A stretch of DNA of 64,000 nucleotides from Cystobasidiomycetes sp. EMM_F5 (GCA_051047955.1 JBPGPT010000005.1:186001-250000); one strand, 5' to 3'. Numbered from the stretch's first letter, positions 51,624 to 64,000 are shown. Numbers and translations are program-made. Notes: generated by a model not told the origin, from the letters alone.

Positions 51624-53011
51624 ATGACCATCGAGCAGCAGCCTGGTCTGGCTATCGATGTCCGCGACTTGCATTTCACGTTTCCTTCCTCAGTGTCCAA
51701 GCTGCCTGCTTTACGCGGTGTAGACTTGGTCCTGCCCAGAGGCTCCTTAGCGATTCTCATCGGCTCCAATGGCGCAGGTAAAGGCGGCTCTTCCATAATC
51801 TGTCCAATGCACAAGATTGAGAGCGTTCATGCTTTCGTGCAGGCAAATCAACCCTGCTGCAGATTCTAGCAGGAAAGCGAATGACACGATCTGGTGCCAA
51901 AGTGCTCGGGCAAGATGTTTTGTAAGGCACTTTGCCCGAAAGTCAGGAAGATTATGCGATACTGAGCATCAACATCCTCCATATAGCTTCAAAACTCCCC
52001 CTGTTCGTCCTATCACCCAAACTAATATGTAAAGCTGAAGTATACTCTTAAATTCTTGCCGCAGGGTGTGACGTATCTGGGTAGGTCTAGATATCATTCA
52101 GACATCAATTGCAGCTCATTCGTACTTCTTCTTCAAAGGCACCGAGTTTGTGAACAATCCCGTCGTCAGATCGGATCTCCTAGTTTCGCATTTCCTGTAA
52201 GTCAGGCGTCAAAGATTGAAGATGCACCCAATTTATGCTCGGTGCAGAGACTCGGTTGGAGGATACCGTCACAAAGTCAGCAACAGTGCCTATACGGTCA
52301 CAAATATACTGATTATTCTGTGACAGGCAAGGAGAGATCGCCTCTTAGATCTACTCGAGTAAGCATTAATTCGAAGCCATCAAACGGCATTGCGGCCCTA
52401 ACTTACTTGCATGTCATTAGTGTCGATTTGGACTGGAGGATGCACGAAGTCAGTGACGGCGAGCGCCGTCGTGTGCAGATCGTACAAGGCTTGATGGCTC
52501 CGTGGGAGGTGCTTCTACTAGATGAGGTATGCGATTTCCTTGCGAGACCTTTTCGATAATGCTGAACCCTTCCAAAAAGGTCACAGTAGATCTTGATGTA
52601 CTGGTCCGATCCAATTTGCTATCATTCCTGAAGGAAGAGTGTCAAACACGAGGCGCCACCGTTCTTTACGCCACACATATCTTTGACGGGCTCGACAATA
52701 TTCCATCGCACGTTGCACATATCCAATTAGGTCAGACGACACAGCCAGATCCTATACCTTGGCCTATCACGAGCGAAGATGTGCCAGGCGTACCGCAGGG
52801 GGTTTTAGTAGAGATGGATCGTCAGGACAGGGCCGGTAGCAGAATGCTCGCGCTCGCTCTACGCTGGCTACAAGAGGACAAGCAAGTTCGTCTGGGTTTG
52901 GAGAAGCAAGGCATATTGCGGGCGAGAGGTGGCAAAAAAGCAGTCAAGGATGAAACTCCGTCGGACAGCGAATCATTCTTTAGAAAGTACGACTACACCG
53001 CATCTAGATAA
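51624..53011 (+). CDS. CAF16: Soluble ABC-type ATPase, CCR4-associated factor 16
   Basis: Walker [55 protein letters not shown]. Confidence 0.92.
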
Positions 53012-53249
53012 AACTTCAGCACCGCAACATATTCCACGCAAGACGCATTGTATATAGACGTGAAGATGCCTAGAGCTCCCGATGCTGAACTAGCACGATG
53101 AGCAAACTCCGTCATAAGCATCTGGTCCTCGTTCATACGTGAAGTTGCACTTTCCGCTTGTTCCCAACAACCGAATCTACAAATACAATGCTATGCCTAT
53201 CCAATATAGCGACTCCAGTTGCAGGCTGTTTTTTGTACAATCGAACAGC

Positions 53250-55479
53250 TCAAATGGCGTAGACAAACCAATCTACATTGTCACCGTCCTCAGCGTGGGC
53301 TGCCTTCTCGTCGGCGGTCCAGGTACGCTGCGCCAAACGCTCCGCTCTCTGCTTGTTGACTCGCTTGAGGTGGATGTGCATGATGGCGGCCAGTACGAAG
53401 CACATTACACACCACGCAGTGTTGATGGCGTGACCCTTAAAGTACCGCGGCTTGTCAGTGGCAGGATAACTATCAAGCCGAAAGATTTAGTTTGGTTTGC
53501 CAACCAGCGGAGAATCGACATACATGAACGAGCTGATAATACCGCCAGCATTGCCAACAGACACGACAATTGCAGTCGCTACACCACGCTTTAGTGAGCC
53601 TCCAGAATTGTTGGCAGCCCAGGACACGACGAGGGGAATCAGAGCTGGATTAACGGAAATTAATTCAGTCTACTGAATTACTCCAAACCGTATACCGTTG
53701 CAGGTCGAACACTCACGATACATCCCTGCTGCGGCTAGGAAAAGACCCAGGTAGTTGGCGATGACGCTGTCGGTCACGAGGTTGAGAACAAAGCCCAGGC
53801 AGCCAACGGCCGAGCAAGCCATGACGAGAGGGCCGCGAAGACGCCATTTATCGGAGAGATATCCTGCGGTGACAGTCCTGTTGTCAATGGAAGGGAGGGA
53901 CAGGATAATGATGCAGCGGTAGAAGATCACGCAAATCAAAAGGACAGAAAGTCAGCATGGAAATAAAGCATTTTGAAGACGGGTCCCTCACGTAAACGCT
54001 GCTAGTACGTAAGGCGGCACGCTGAGCAATTGAGCATTCGCTGCGCTGTAGCCCAAGCTGTTGACAGATGCGTCAATTCTGGAGCTATGGCGCCAAAAAT
54101 ACGAATAAGCTCACTTTGCGGTGAGAGTAGGCGAGAAAAGCGACTGTAGCATTTTCATCAGCTTCAAGTCATTCTTCGGTGCGATAGGGGGCATTTACAA
54201 AGCAGTATACGGGCATCAGAGCACCTAATTATTGGAAAATTGCGAAAATCAGCAAATTGCGGTAAGTTGTCAAAAGAATCGTTTGTGGCTAACCTTGGAA
54301 CATGAATGCGTATGCCCACACGCGCCAATCGAAGAATGCTTGACGAACGAATTTATATTTGAATTCGTTGGAGCAGCCATCACCGTCCAAATGTAAGCGC
54401 TGCTGAACGAATTTGCGCTCTCCGTCGGTAAGGAACTTGGCAGTGGCTGGGTAGTCGTGTAACATCCAGAAAGAGCCAGCAGCAACTACTACTGTCAATA
54501 TTCCCTCGAGGATGAAAATCCATCTCCACCCCTGGACCGCAATCGTTAGCCAACGTCGAAAAATTCATCCCTAGACGACAATTCACGCACGACTAGACCT
54601 GCTACACCATCCATGTAGTTGATGCCTCTCTGTCAAGATGTACGATTTAGCAGCTATCGCAGATTGTGCGGGAAAAAAAGGGCGACACTGACAGCCAACA
54701 GCCCGCCGAAAGCACCTGCAGCGGTTGCTGCCGAGAAGAAGATGGCGATACGCAAGTTGATCTCGTATCTTCTGTACCACAGAGTAAGGAAATAGCTGAC
54801 TCCCGGGAAGAGACCCTGACGAGACAAAGAAAGTCAGCACGGGCCTCTACTGCACGACACGAGAAGCTTCGTCACGCACTGCTTCAGTGATACCGAGAAA
54901 TACACGAGCAACCAGGAGACCGGTGTAATTCTGCACGAAGCCCATTCCGACCATGACGCCTCCCCACGCCAACATAATAATCGGAAGCCACATGCTAGGA
55001 CGCCATCTCTTCAGTACCATGTTGGAAGGCACTTCAAACATCACGTCTATAACCAAAAAAAGTTAGAATGCAGAGGAGGTTTCCCGGCTTGTCACGCACA
55101 AAAAAGGAAGAAGAGCGCTAAACACAAGGCATATTCCGTTGTCGAAAGCTTGAGTTGGACACTCAGCCCGAACAAGCTGTAAATTGAATCGGACATCAGC
55201 TCTGCGGGCGGCACAAGGTAGTTTTTGTTGGCAAATTCACTTTGCATTTCCGATGTTTGTTCTGTCCAAGAACGACAGAAGGTACAGAAAACTGAGCCAG
55301 GGAACGATGTGCCAATCGAGTTTGCGGACTACAGCCTTCTCATTGACACCGTTGTTTTCTGCAAGGTCGGAATCGCTAGCAGCGGACGAATCGGTGTGTC
55401 GCGCAGGAGTACCGGTGTCCTTCTCGTTTTCATACTCGAAGACTTCCGGTTTGTCGTTGTCGTACGGCATCTGCGACAT
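53250..55479 (-). CDS. MFS transporter, anion:cation symporter family (Tna1/Dal5-like), paralog of 48818-51192
   Basis: RKLDWHIVPWLSFLYLLSFLDRTNIGNAK, FEVPSNMVLKRWRPSMW, GWRWIFILEG, AQLLSVPPY; ends WFVYAI*. Confidence 0.9.
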
Positions 55480-56423
55480 AGCTGATATGCAGAAGGACTC
55501 GAAGTTCAGAGAAACTACGGAGAAGGGATACGGGCAGTCGGAGAGTAAGAGACGAAGATGCAAATACGGAACGTCTTCGATAGAAGTCACTCAGAGCTTT
55601 GGACGTCAGTGACGATCAGCGCGCGCGGTACAGTCTTTTTGTATTATAGCCGGTTTGGTGCCCCCTCTGAAGGTCTGGGCTAAACACGGGGACTTCGGCG
55701 GAAGGGGTCGTCGTGGCTGGACGCGACGTCTCTTTCCATAACCATGTGAAAGTTTCAAAGCTCTCGTTCTGCATCGCGCGCGAACTCTTATAAATCGGAT
55801 TGTATGGAATCGCATTCTGGCGCGGGCGCGATTGGTGGGTGCTTCTATTTTCTGCCTGGCCAGACCGTTGTTTGCCTCATCCTTGTATCGATGGACAGAA
55901 TCTGCCAAGCCCGTCAGAAGTCGCCAAGGCCGTTGCCCGCGCGCACAACTCTTTTGAGGCACCCCTTTTGCTGGGGCCCAGGCCTCGCCGGAAACTTCCG
56001 GTTATCAGCTGGCGGGACCCCGCGCGCGGCGGCTATTCAAATGTTAGCGAGGTTTCACATTTGAAGCGAGAACAACACCAGCCATACGCGTATATACGAC
56101 TGCAGCTGCTGTAGATAGCTGCTGTAGATACGGCAAGGTATCGAAACAACGCGACGGAATCCGCCCTCACAGCTGCAGCGCGGAAGGCGCAGAATTCCCC
56201 TCGTCAGTATGGTGGACGCGTACGGATTTATGCCCAAATACCGCGCGTGGGGTACAGTCGTGGGTACAGTATTTTCATTTCCCTCCAATGTAAACAATGC
56301 CGTGTAAAATCCACGGACAACGCCTATCCGCATAAGCCATACGGATTCACTGAATTTCGTAAGGACAATTGCGATTCAACGCGTCTGCCAGCGCGACATC
56401 GGCTTTGCGATTCGTCCAGCCAA

Positions 56424-57364
56424 TTATCGGAACTGTCCAGGCGCGTTGCCTCCAATTCCACCTGGCGAGTCGAATGACACACGCAGGTCAGTATCGTCGT
56501 AAGCTCTAGCCAACGCGTCTTGGAAGTATACACGCACTTTGATTTCGTGGGGAAAAGGAGTCCCCTCCTGCATTGACGCCATACCCACCGGATGAGGTAG
56601 CTTTGCAGCAATCGTCAGCAAGTATGTGGATGACAGGGTATCTTCGCCTTACTGTCTTCAGCCGTATAGGCACCGTCATTGAGGTTGTGATCCTCTGAAC
56701 CCGCTTGACTGTATTGTGCAGAGGGATCGTATGCACGGCCTATTCCGGATGCAGATCATGTTTTCAGCGTCACAATTACCCTGACGCTGTCCCAACTCCT
56801 GCTTAGACATACCGTCTTCGTTCAGCCGGCTCGCAGGTGCTGAAGCGCATCGCAGGCATCTCAGCATCTCGTCCAACAGCCTGAACTGCAGTGTCCGTGC
56901 AGTGTTCTTTCTCACCCTTGTTCATGCCGCTATTACTGTCTAGACCCTGATCTGCCGAACCGGTGTCATTCTCGTCACCATCTGCGACAAATGGGTTGGG
57001 ATCTTTGTTGGTGGTGCTGTTGCGAGGAACACTTGACGAAGAATTTGTCCTCCCTGCCTTGCTAGTTTGCCCGGATGCACGGCCACTAGGAGACAGAGCG
57101 CGGTTCTGTGACTCAAAGTCATCATCACTGACGTCGCCGACGTCTTTCTGGCCGGACCTGAAAGGCCATGCAAAACGCGACGCAGCGGTATAGATTAGAT
57201 CGTTGTTTATCAGTACGGTATCTCGTGTCTCACCGGCTTGCACGTCGCCCTGCTCGGACATCGGGCTTTGGGGGACTGCCGCTGAGCATTGATTCTTTCA
57301 AGTCATCGTCATCCAGGCTGTTGGCTTCCATGTATTCTCTGGCAGCATCGACTTGGCCTTGCAT
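56424..57364 (-). CDS. Hypothetical hydrophilic Gly/Ser/Asp/Asn-rich protein (six-exon model)
   Basis: Five GT-AG introns with branch-like motifs join short frames into MQGQVDAAREY...SGIGGNAPGQFR* with consistent phases. Confidence 0.6.
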
Positions 57365-57872
57365 GATTTACGGAGACTCCTAGGCTCGAATCTCGTAGAA
57401 ATGGTAGGTTTCGGACAGGGATGCTGGCAGGTCAATGAGGGATGGAGAGCAAGACCCGCATTGCCGATCATGCATTGTGAGGGGCAAAGACAAATAGGAA
57501 AACACTGCAAAGCATTCAGCTCACGACTAGACCTACGATGGTGCCACGGCATTCGATTACAGGATTCCCACAACGATGAGACTCAATTACACCATACAGC
57601 AAGAAAAGAAGGGCAGAGACGCATGCAATGGGCCAACGGTGTGTGCGATGACACCGGTCGACAGTCGACGACTCACTGCCAGCCCGCACGCGAGAGGAGG
57701 AAGAAGGAGTAGGGAAACGGAGATTTCCTTTTATTGATGCGAAACATAGTGGAACTTCGGTGCCGTTAACAAGTAGGATTCGGAGATGCAACGTGACGTT
57801 ATCTTGCGATCTTTGAAGTCCGACTTGGTCGTAATCTATTGTACTGAAGACACGGAAATGGCCAAGTCGCGC

Positions 57873-59622
57873 TTAAATCAGGTCGGCAACATTCATTGGC
57901 ATCTCCTCGATGGAAGTGCTGTAGAAGCGTTGGATTTCGGCCAGAGTCGCAGTATCGTCCAGTGTGACAAAGTTGATGGCAACACCCTTCCGCCCGAAAC
58001 GACCTCCACGACCGATACGATGAATGTAATTCTCCTTGTTGGCGGGCAGATCGTAGCTGCAGGCAAAGGGATCAGAAATACTGTTTGTAGTCATGATACC
58101 AACGTTGACTCACTTGATAACGAGCGATACTTGCTGTACGTCAATACCACGGGCGAGCAGATCGGTGGTGATAAGGACACGCGAGGATCCTGATCGGAAC
58201 TCCTTCATAATCAGCTCACGCTGAGCCTGGTCCATATCACCGTGCATGGCAGAGACGGTGAACTCTCTCGCGGTGAGCTTCTCCGTCAACCAGTCAACCT
58301 TTCTGCGGGTATTGCAGAAAATGACTGCTTGCGTAATGGTAACAGTCTCGTACAAATCGGATAAAGTGTCGAGCTTCCAATCCTCCTTCTCGACTGCAAT
58401 GTAGAACTGCTTGATACCTTCAAGTGTGAGTTCCTCCTTCTTTACCAAGATACGGATGGGGTCGCGCATGAACTTCGTTGTGACCTCGAGGACTTCAGCC
58501 GGCATTGTTGCAGATAGCAGGACAACTTGTGTGGATGGAGGCAGGAGCTGGAAGATGTCGTAGATCTGGTCGCGGAAACCTTGAGACAACATTTCATCGG
58601 CTTCATCGAGACAGAAGATCTTGATGTTGTCTGTCCTCAGTGCGCGACGATTAATCATGTCGAATACACGTCCCGGTGTTCCGACAACGACGTGAACACC
58701 CTCATTGAGTTTTTGGATGGCGTCGCGGATGACTGCACCACCGACTGCTGCCAAGCACTCAACGTTCATATAGTCACCGAGAGCAACCAGTACTTTGTGG
58801 ATCTGCTGTGCCAATTCACGGGTTGGCGCTAGGACAAGTGCTTGAACTTGCTTGAGATTGATATCGATGGATTGAAGAATGGAAACGGAGCTAGGATGTG
58901 GTTATAAGCTTTAGTCCGCAGGTCCCCTCATACTTCCAGGGCAACGTACAAGGTGGCGGTTTTACCAGTACCAGACTGAGCCTGAGCAACAACATCCTTG
59001 CCCTTGACTACTGGCATGATGGCACGCTGTTGGATAGCCGACGGCTTCTCGAAACCATAAGCGTAGATACCGCGAAGAAGTTCGGGCTTGAGGCTCATGT
59101 CGTCGAAGTTGTCGATGACCTGGTCCCAGTTGCTCTCGATTTCGCCGTCAGCGACACTGGCGACGTTGACTTGAGAGTCCTTGTTGGTGGATTCTGCAGC
59201 GGCGGCAGATGCAGCCGGAGGGGCTGCGGCACTGTACATAATGCCAAATTTTCGTACAGAGGCGGTACCGTTCATTTTGCACCGAGTTGACAATAAGGAT
59301 GAGGAAAGTGAGTCAGTAAGATCCAAATATATCGTACACGCATGACCATTCGTGCAGAACATGCCGCGTCCCATGTTCCACGCTTGATGGAATTGGAAAT
59401 CCAGGCGTGATCAGCCAGACATCCCAAGCCACAACCAGTCGAGGTCGGGGCTTGTACGGCATGCAGCGCCATGACACCACAGCTACGCCCGTACAGAGCA
59501 CTTCTGTTCCTTGCGCCCGTTCTGGTGGGCTGAGTTTTGCCATCCGATCCAAATTTTTGCGCATGTTCTCGAGGCACGAAAAGCTCTTTGTTCACGGGTG
59601 CAACGTACGTAGTTGAAGCCAT
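57873..59622 (-). CDS. TIF1: Translation initiation factor eIF4A (DEAD-box helicase)
   Basis: [55 protein letters not shown]. First exon ATGGCTTCAACTAC followed by a 377-nt intron (59232-59608). Confidence 0.97.
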
Positions 59623-60894
59623 GATTGGTTTACTTGTTCTAGTTTAGCTGATCTTGCAGCTAGACGCGCTTCAGAGGTTGCAGTATGGGCGACTTTTTTC
59701 GCAGATTTTCTTGCTGTAGGTTTCCCTTTGGCCAGCAGCAAAAAGGAAGAAGGGGTTTGCTGGCAAGAGAGGCACAAATTTCGCAGTGGCAAAATTACTC
59801 AAAAATGCTATAGACACGACAGCTATGCTCATGGACAGACAGCAGACATGATCTTTGTGCACTCTGTACGGTTCCCTTTCGTAGATATCCTACTGGAGCA
59901 GATACAATGTAGGATTATGTATAATAATTACGTTTGCTCTCGTTATGTAGGGAAACACTTCTAAATCCTGCCCGTGTAAGCTGTAGAGCATAGCGTCAAT
60001 CGCACAGCTTCGCCTAACAGCACGCTGTGCCATATGTCCCATCGGCATCGCCGAATTTCTCAATCTGGAGACCCGTTGTCGATACAGTGGCATAACGGCC
60101 CATTCATAGCTCGACATGCGACGGCGAGTGCTCTTGCTGTCGTTATTGTGGAAGTTCGGACATCCCGGGCCAGCTTTGGCAAGAGCTGGAATCATTCTTG
60201 ACCACTGCGAGTGTAGGGTCAGCGATATGCTTGGTAGAAGCGTCAAGTGCAAAGCATGCGAGAACTTTGCAAGCCAAACGAGACGCGTGGAGGCGTGGGC
60301 ATTGGTGCACAAACAGCTTCTCGAGACAGCGCGATGGGAAAAGGGATGGGAATTTGCGGGGATGAATTTCAGGAGTTTAGACGAGATGAGCTCCAGCACA
60401 GACACGTTCTTCGCAATCAAGGACAGGTAAGCCCAATTCGTCGATCGAATGGATGAAAGAAGTGGGGTAATCTGCAATGCCTGTCAGATGTGATATGCGC
60501 GTTGGACCGCACAATGCTGGCCCTATGGGATTGCTTCCACAACATGCATCACTCATTTACTGCCGGAATGCTACGAATCTGCTGAATTTGTGATGGACCG
60601 CACATGCGAATAGGCAGTCCGGCCGGTCTGTGCAGCTCGATCCAGTAAGACTGCCTTCTCCGACTTCTACCGGCTACTCTTGCCCTTGTCGAGGTTGGTT
60701 CGTCTTTTTACACATAAGAGTGGACCATCGCAACTCCCTAGGCTTACGAACCTGTTTTGCAGTCGAGTGTTCACATGAGCTTGTTGTGCCATAGAAGAAC
60801 CGGATCCGAGAGGTGAAGAAAGCCTCACCTTAAGGTGACTACGATCTGGCGTGAATACATGACTTCCGCTAATATGACAGAGCAGTTTGCTGCA

Positions 60895-61599
60895 CTATGA
60901 TCTAGCCTTTTCTGCCGGTTTTTGAGCTGGCTGAGCTGGTGTATCCACTCTCCAAAGTTCGTGCGAGCGCCAGATATCACGAGCGAGTTGCACGCCAAGG
61001 TGACGTGCTTCAGACGTGCCATGCAGGGCATCTATAATTCGGCGACCTCGCTCTTGTGCTTCGCTTCGCGTTACGCTAGCAGAGGTGAAGGTAGGGGAGA
61101 AGGGCTTCCATTTTTGCTGTGGCTTTGTTGAACTGCCTCTATTGCGAGGGTCAAAGATCTTCTCCACTGGATCGTTGAAAGGTTCTGCTATTGATTCGGG
61201 GTTATCACTCAAATCGGTCGAACTCGCAAAGCTCGCCTCGAGCTTGACACGCGGCTTCTTTCTACTAATGAGTCGAGCAGTGACATAGTCGTCCATGTTT
61301 GCGAATGCATCGGGTCGCTCGGGCTGGGATGCGGCCTTTTCCGACTTGGACAATGCCAAAGGAGGAAACGATGAAAGATGATGATAAAGCTTGACGAGCG
61401 ATGCCAATGATTCTTGCTGTGACTTCAACGCAGCCTGCTGAGCATTGCTTCTAGTGGTCCGCTGCTTCGCTTGGGCCGCTATTGCAGAAGTTCCTGCGTT
61501 GGTGCTCGCAGTCGACTGACAGCGTTTGGACACCCTACACGATAGATTGAAGCGTTTTGCACAAGTCACACTGTTGATGTGCAGATGGACATGCTGCAT
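60895..61599 (-). CDS. Hypothetical protein, possibly mitochondrial
   Basis: 234-codon intronless ORF with a basic, acid-poor N-terminus resembling a presequence; no motif recognised with certainty. Confidence 0.6.
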   Translation of the reverse strand: MQHVHLHINSVTCAKRFNLSCRVSKRCQSTASTNAGTSAIAAQAKQRTTRSNAQQAALKSQQESLASLVKLYHHLSSFPPLALSKSEKAASQPERPDAFANMDDYVTARLISRKKPRVKLEASFASSTDLSDNPESIAEPFNDPVEKIFDPRNRGSSTKPQQKWKPFSPTFTSASVTRSEAQERGRRIIDALHGTSEARHLGVQLARDIWRSHELWRVDTPAQPAQKPAEKARS

Positions 61600-62122
61600 T
61601 GTCAGAATGCCACAGAGGTTGAGTTGTGCGGATGATAAAGACTGATATTGCTATTTCATGAATAGGAAACAGTCGTCAAAATCTCTGGCGGCCTGCTCCT
61701 CCCTCATACATTGGCGTTACACTCCACGTCTATGATTTGTACCCCCTCGTAAGCTGAGCTACGCTTCGTTGAATTTCGACCCTATCGACATGGCGGTCGG
61801 TAACGATCTATTCCAAGGAGTGGAAGATGTAGCTACTACCTTGCTGCCGCGTCCAATTACTATTGACACGTGTCTTTGACAACTTCTTGCGCAGCTGAGG
61901 GCCGGGAGATTCTGATTTACCGGTGTTCACATCTGCATGCCACCAGATACTCCGAGGTCTTGACGTTGACTGAATGAAGACATTACGACATGATTGCAAC
62001 ACTGCTGACCGCTGAGGATGATGACTGAAATTCCGCGGGAGCACTACGCTTGCTTTCAACGGGAATGCGTACGAAGATTTAGGCGTTGTGGGCCGGTGAC
62101 ACGGTGGTAATATCGCTGAACG

Positions 62123-63976
62123 TTACGTGGCCGACATATGGTAAACGCCCCAGCCAAGATCTGGATGTTGCTGAGTCGCTAGCAAGCGCACGAATCGCCA
62201 GCCTTTTCGACGCGCGCCTCCCATTCTCGTACTGAGAATAGCATCGCACATTTGGATCCGACTACGAGCGTTGCCTAAATACCAAGCGGAGCGGCCTGTT
62301 TCAAATTTGCCTATCACAGCTACTGCTGATGCCGATGTGAAGTAAGTCTTGGGAAAGGGTACAGCGGGAGCCGAGCTGAGATGTCCTGTCATGTGACAGG
62401 CTATTGGCTCTACGGGCTTTGCTGCTTGCCAACGTAAGCCGTCGTCGCTAACTTCTACCTTGAGCGTTGACGCAAGCTTGCTAGAGTGCTCCAGAGCAAA
62501 GGAGAATTTGATTTGCGGCTGAAGTTCGACTTCGTACTGCTTGAGAACATCGAGGCCGATGTAGTCGCCCGCTTGTATTACTGGTGAACTAGTCTCAGCT
62601 CGATGCCACGGGGATACTTAAAAAGAAGCTTACTGTCAGGACTTCGAAAAGCCGTCTTCCAGCTGCCGTCGACAGCCGAAACATACGGCCATCTAAGAGC
62701 CCATTCGCGACCCTCGGTCCAGAAGTGTTTGTCTGCATTCAATGCCGACTCCCATTGCGACAAATTACGCAAATGATGCGGCTGATAAAGCATCGTGTCG
62801 GGAGGAGGCAGTAGCGCTACATTGGTCATGAACAGGTTATCGCTAAGATATGATGAGGCCCGCGTGTGATGACGGTACGTATGCGGCTTCATGGCAGCGT
62901 CAGCTGATGACGATGGCGTCGCATACTGGCCGATGCTGACTTTGGCAGGTAGAAGTGGTGGTGCGTAAGGGGATAGATTTGCCGGCACGCCTAGAGCGGC
63001 GCTCAGACGATCTATACCTTTTTGCTGTTACATGAGTGGGAATGATTTAGTGGCAGTTGTGACACTCAGTCTCAAATCAGCACGCTCACAATATATATTT
63101 CGTTCCTGGCATCCCCGTCAGCTGAGCCTGCGGTGAATGAGTTGCTGCTTGGCTGTGGTAGGGGGACCAGTCGATCTGCTATCACGTAAGGCGGCTCGTT
63201 CTGCAAAGTCGTGAAAGCATTATCCAACAAAGCAAGCTCGGCTGATGAGACAGGTCCAACGCTAGAAGGAATGCCGCGTCCACCATACTTTTCCAGGGGC
63301 GCTGCCGGCCCTCGCGTGATCGCATCGAGTGTTTGCAATACTTTGGCACGCGAAACGAAGGCTCCCGTGCCAAGCCAGCCAAAACAGGTGTTCAGGTCAT
63401 AGTCTGGGTCTACTAATGATGTGAGCATCGGATTGGCATATATTATAGGACACTGACTGAATGCGCACCACTCCCATCCTGCCTTGATCACGAATTCTTC
63501 TCCCGTAGCGATAGTGACTGGACCATCCGGATTGCGCAAGTGATGTGCAAACAGAGAAGTAATAGAAGGAACAAGCCAGTCGTCGTCTTGGAAGTAGCAC
63601 TGTATGCATAAATCAGCTACCCAAATTTGCTGCGTCACTTGCGAATACACGGACAAGCGATGTTTCCGCCTGAGCGCAGGCGAAGAAGCGACTAGCAAAG
63701 AGCATATTCCCAGCGCTATTCGAAATGCGCAAGCGACCTGCAGGGCATTTCGACGCCGAAAAATCCTGTATCACAATACATGGCTCAGCCAGGTCGTATC
63801 ACCACGCAGACGTCGATGCCCACCTGAATCGTCAAGAAGAGATCCGGATTGTTGTTGAAGACATGTATCTCCTGGAATACAGTTCCTGCGTGATGGCAGA
63901 GATGTGCCACAATCACGATCAGATTGTCCAAACGTTTCCAATTCAGCAAAATTGCAGTAGCCTTCCGGCTCGACAT
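62123..63976 (-). CDS. Putative GT-A fold glycosyltransferase-like protein with C-terminal extension
   Basis: TAILLNWKRLDNL, IHVFNNNP, spliced IYFAARFLAC..., CYFQDDDW (DxD-like), CFGWLGTGAF. Exons join in frame to WGVYHMSAT* at 62123. Confidence 0.7.
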
Positions 63977-64000
63977 CGTAGCTACGCCTATGGGTTGCCG

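Noticed and set aside
56100..56275. Short direct repeats (AGCTGCTGTAGAT x2; GTGGG(G)TACAGT x2)
   Set aside because: Two-copy slippage-type duplications with no further evidence of function.
59360..59430. CTGATC...GCGTGGAA in the eIF4A intron, superficially like a fungal TPP riboswitch
   Set aside because: Lacks the CTGAGA and GATAA conserved segments, and the host gene is unrelated to thiamine metabolism.

Overview
Gene-dense (~30 genes), intron-rich eukaryotic DNA. Short GT-AG introns (~50-70 nt) with CTRAY branch sites and the protein content indicate a fungus, most likely a basidiomycete yeast (inference). Housekeeping genes: EF-hand type II NADH dehydrogenase, RLP24, Cdc25-like rhodanese, bleomycin hydrolase, DYS1, VIP1, PYM, GPC1, MCT1, TIM9, eIF6, ADE8, EDE1, CAF16 and eIF4A. 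They are interleaved with four local duplications: two A1 aspartic proteases, two class-3-lipase-like genes, three orphan Arg/Pro/Ser-rich genes and two MFS permeases. No rRNA, tRNA, CRISPR array or recognisable transposon was found. Best leads: (1) a tandem pair of lipase-fold pseudoenzymes with the nucleophile Ser replaced by Gly, one GPI-anchored and one secreted; (2) an orphan triplet sharing protein motifs and upstream DNA motifs; (3) a bleomycin hydrolase whose spliced last exon ends in the peroxisomal signal SKL; (4) an apparent AT-AG intron in an otherwise intact MFS gene; (5) a long, structured eIF4A first intron with an AUGA stop-start overlap; (6) a hidden small ORF ending CCVIC-stop. 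All exon boundaries were inferred by eye, without transcript data.
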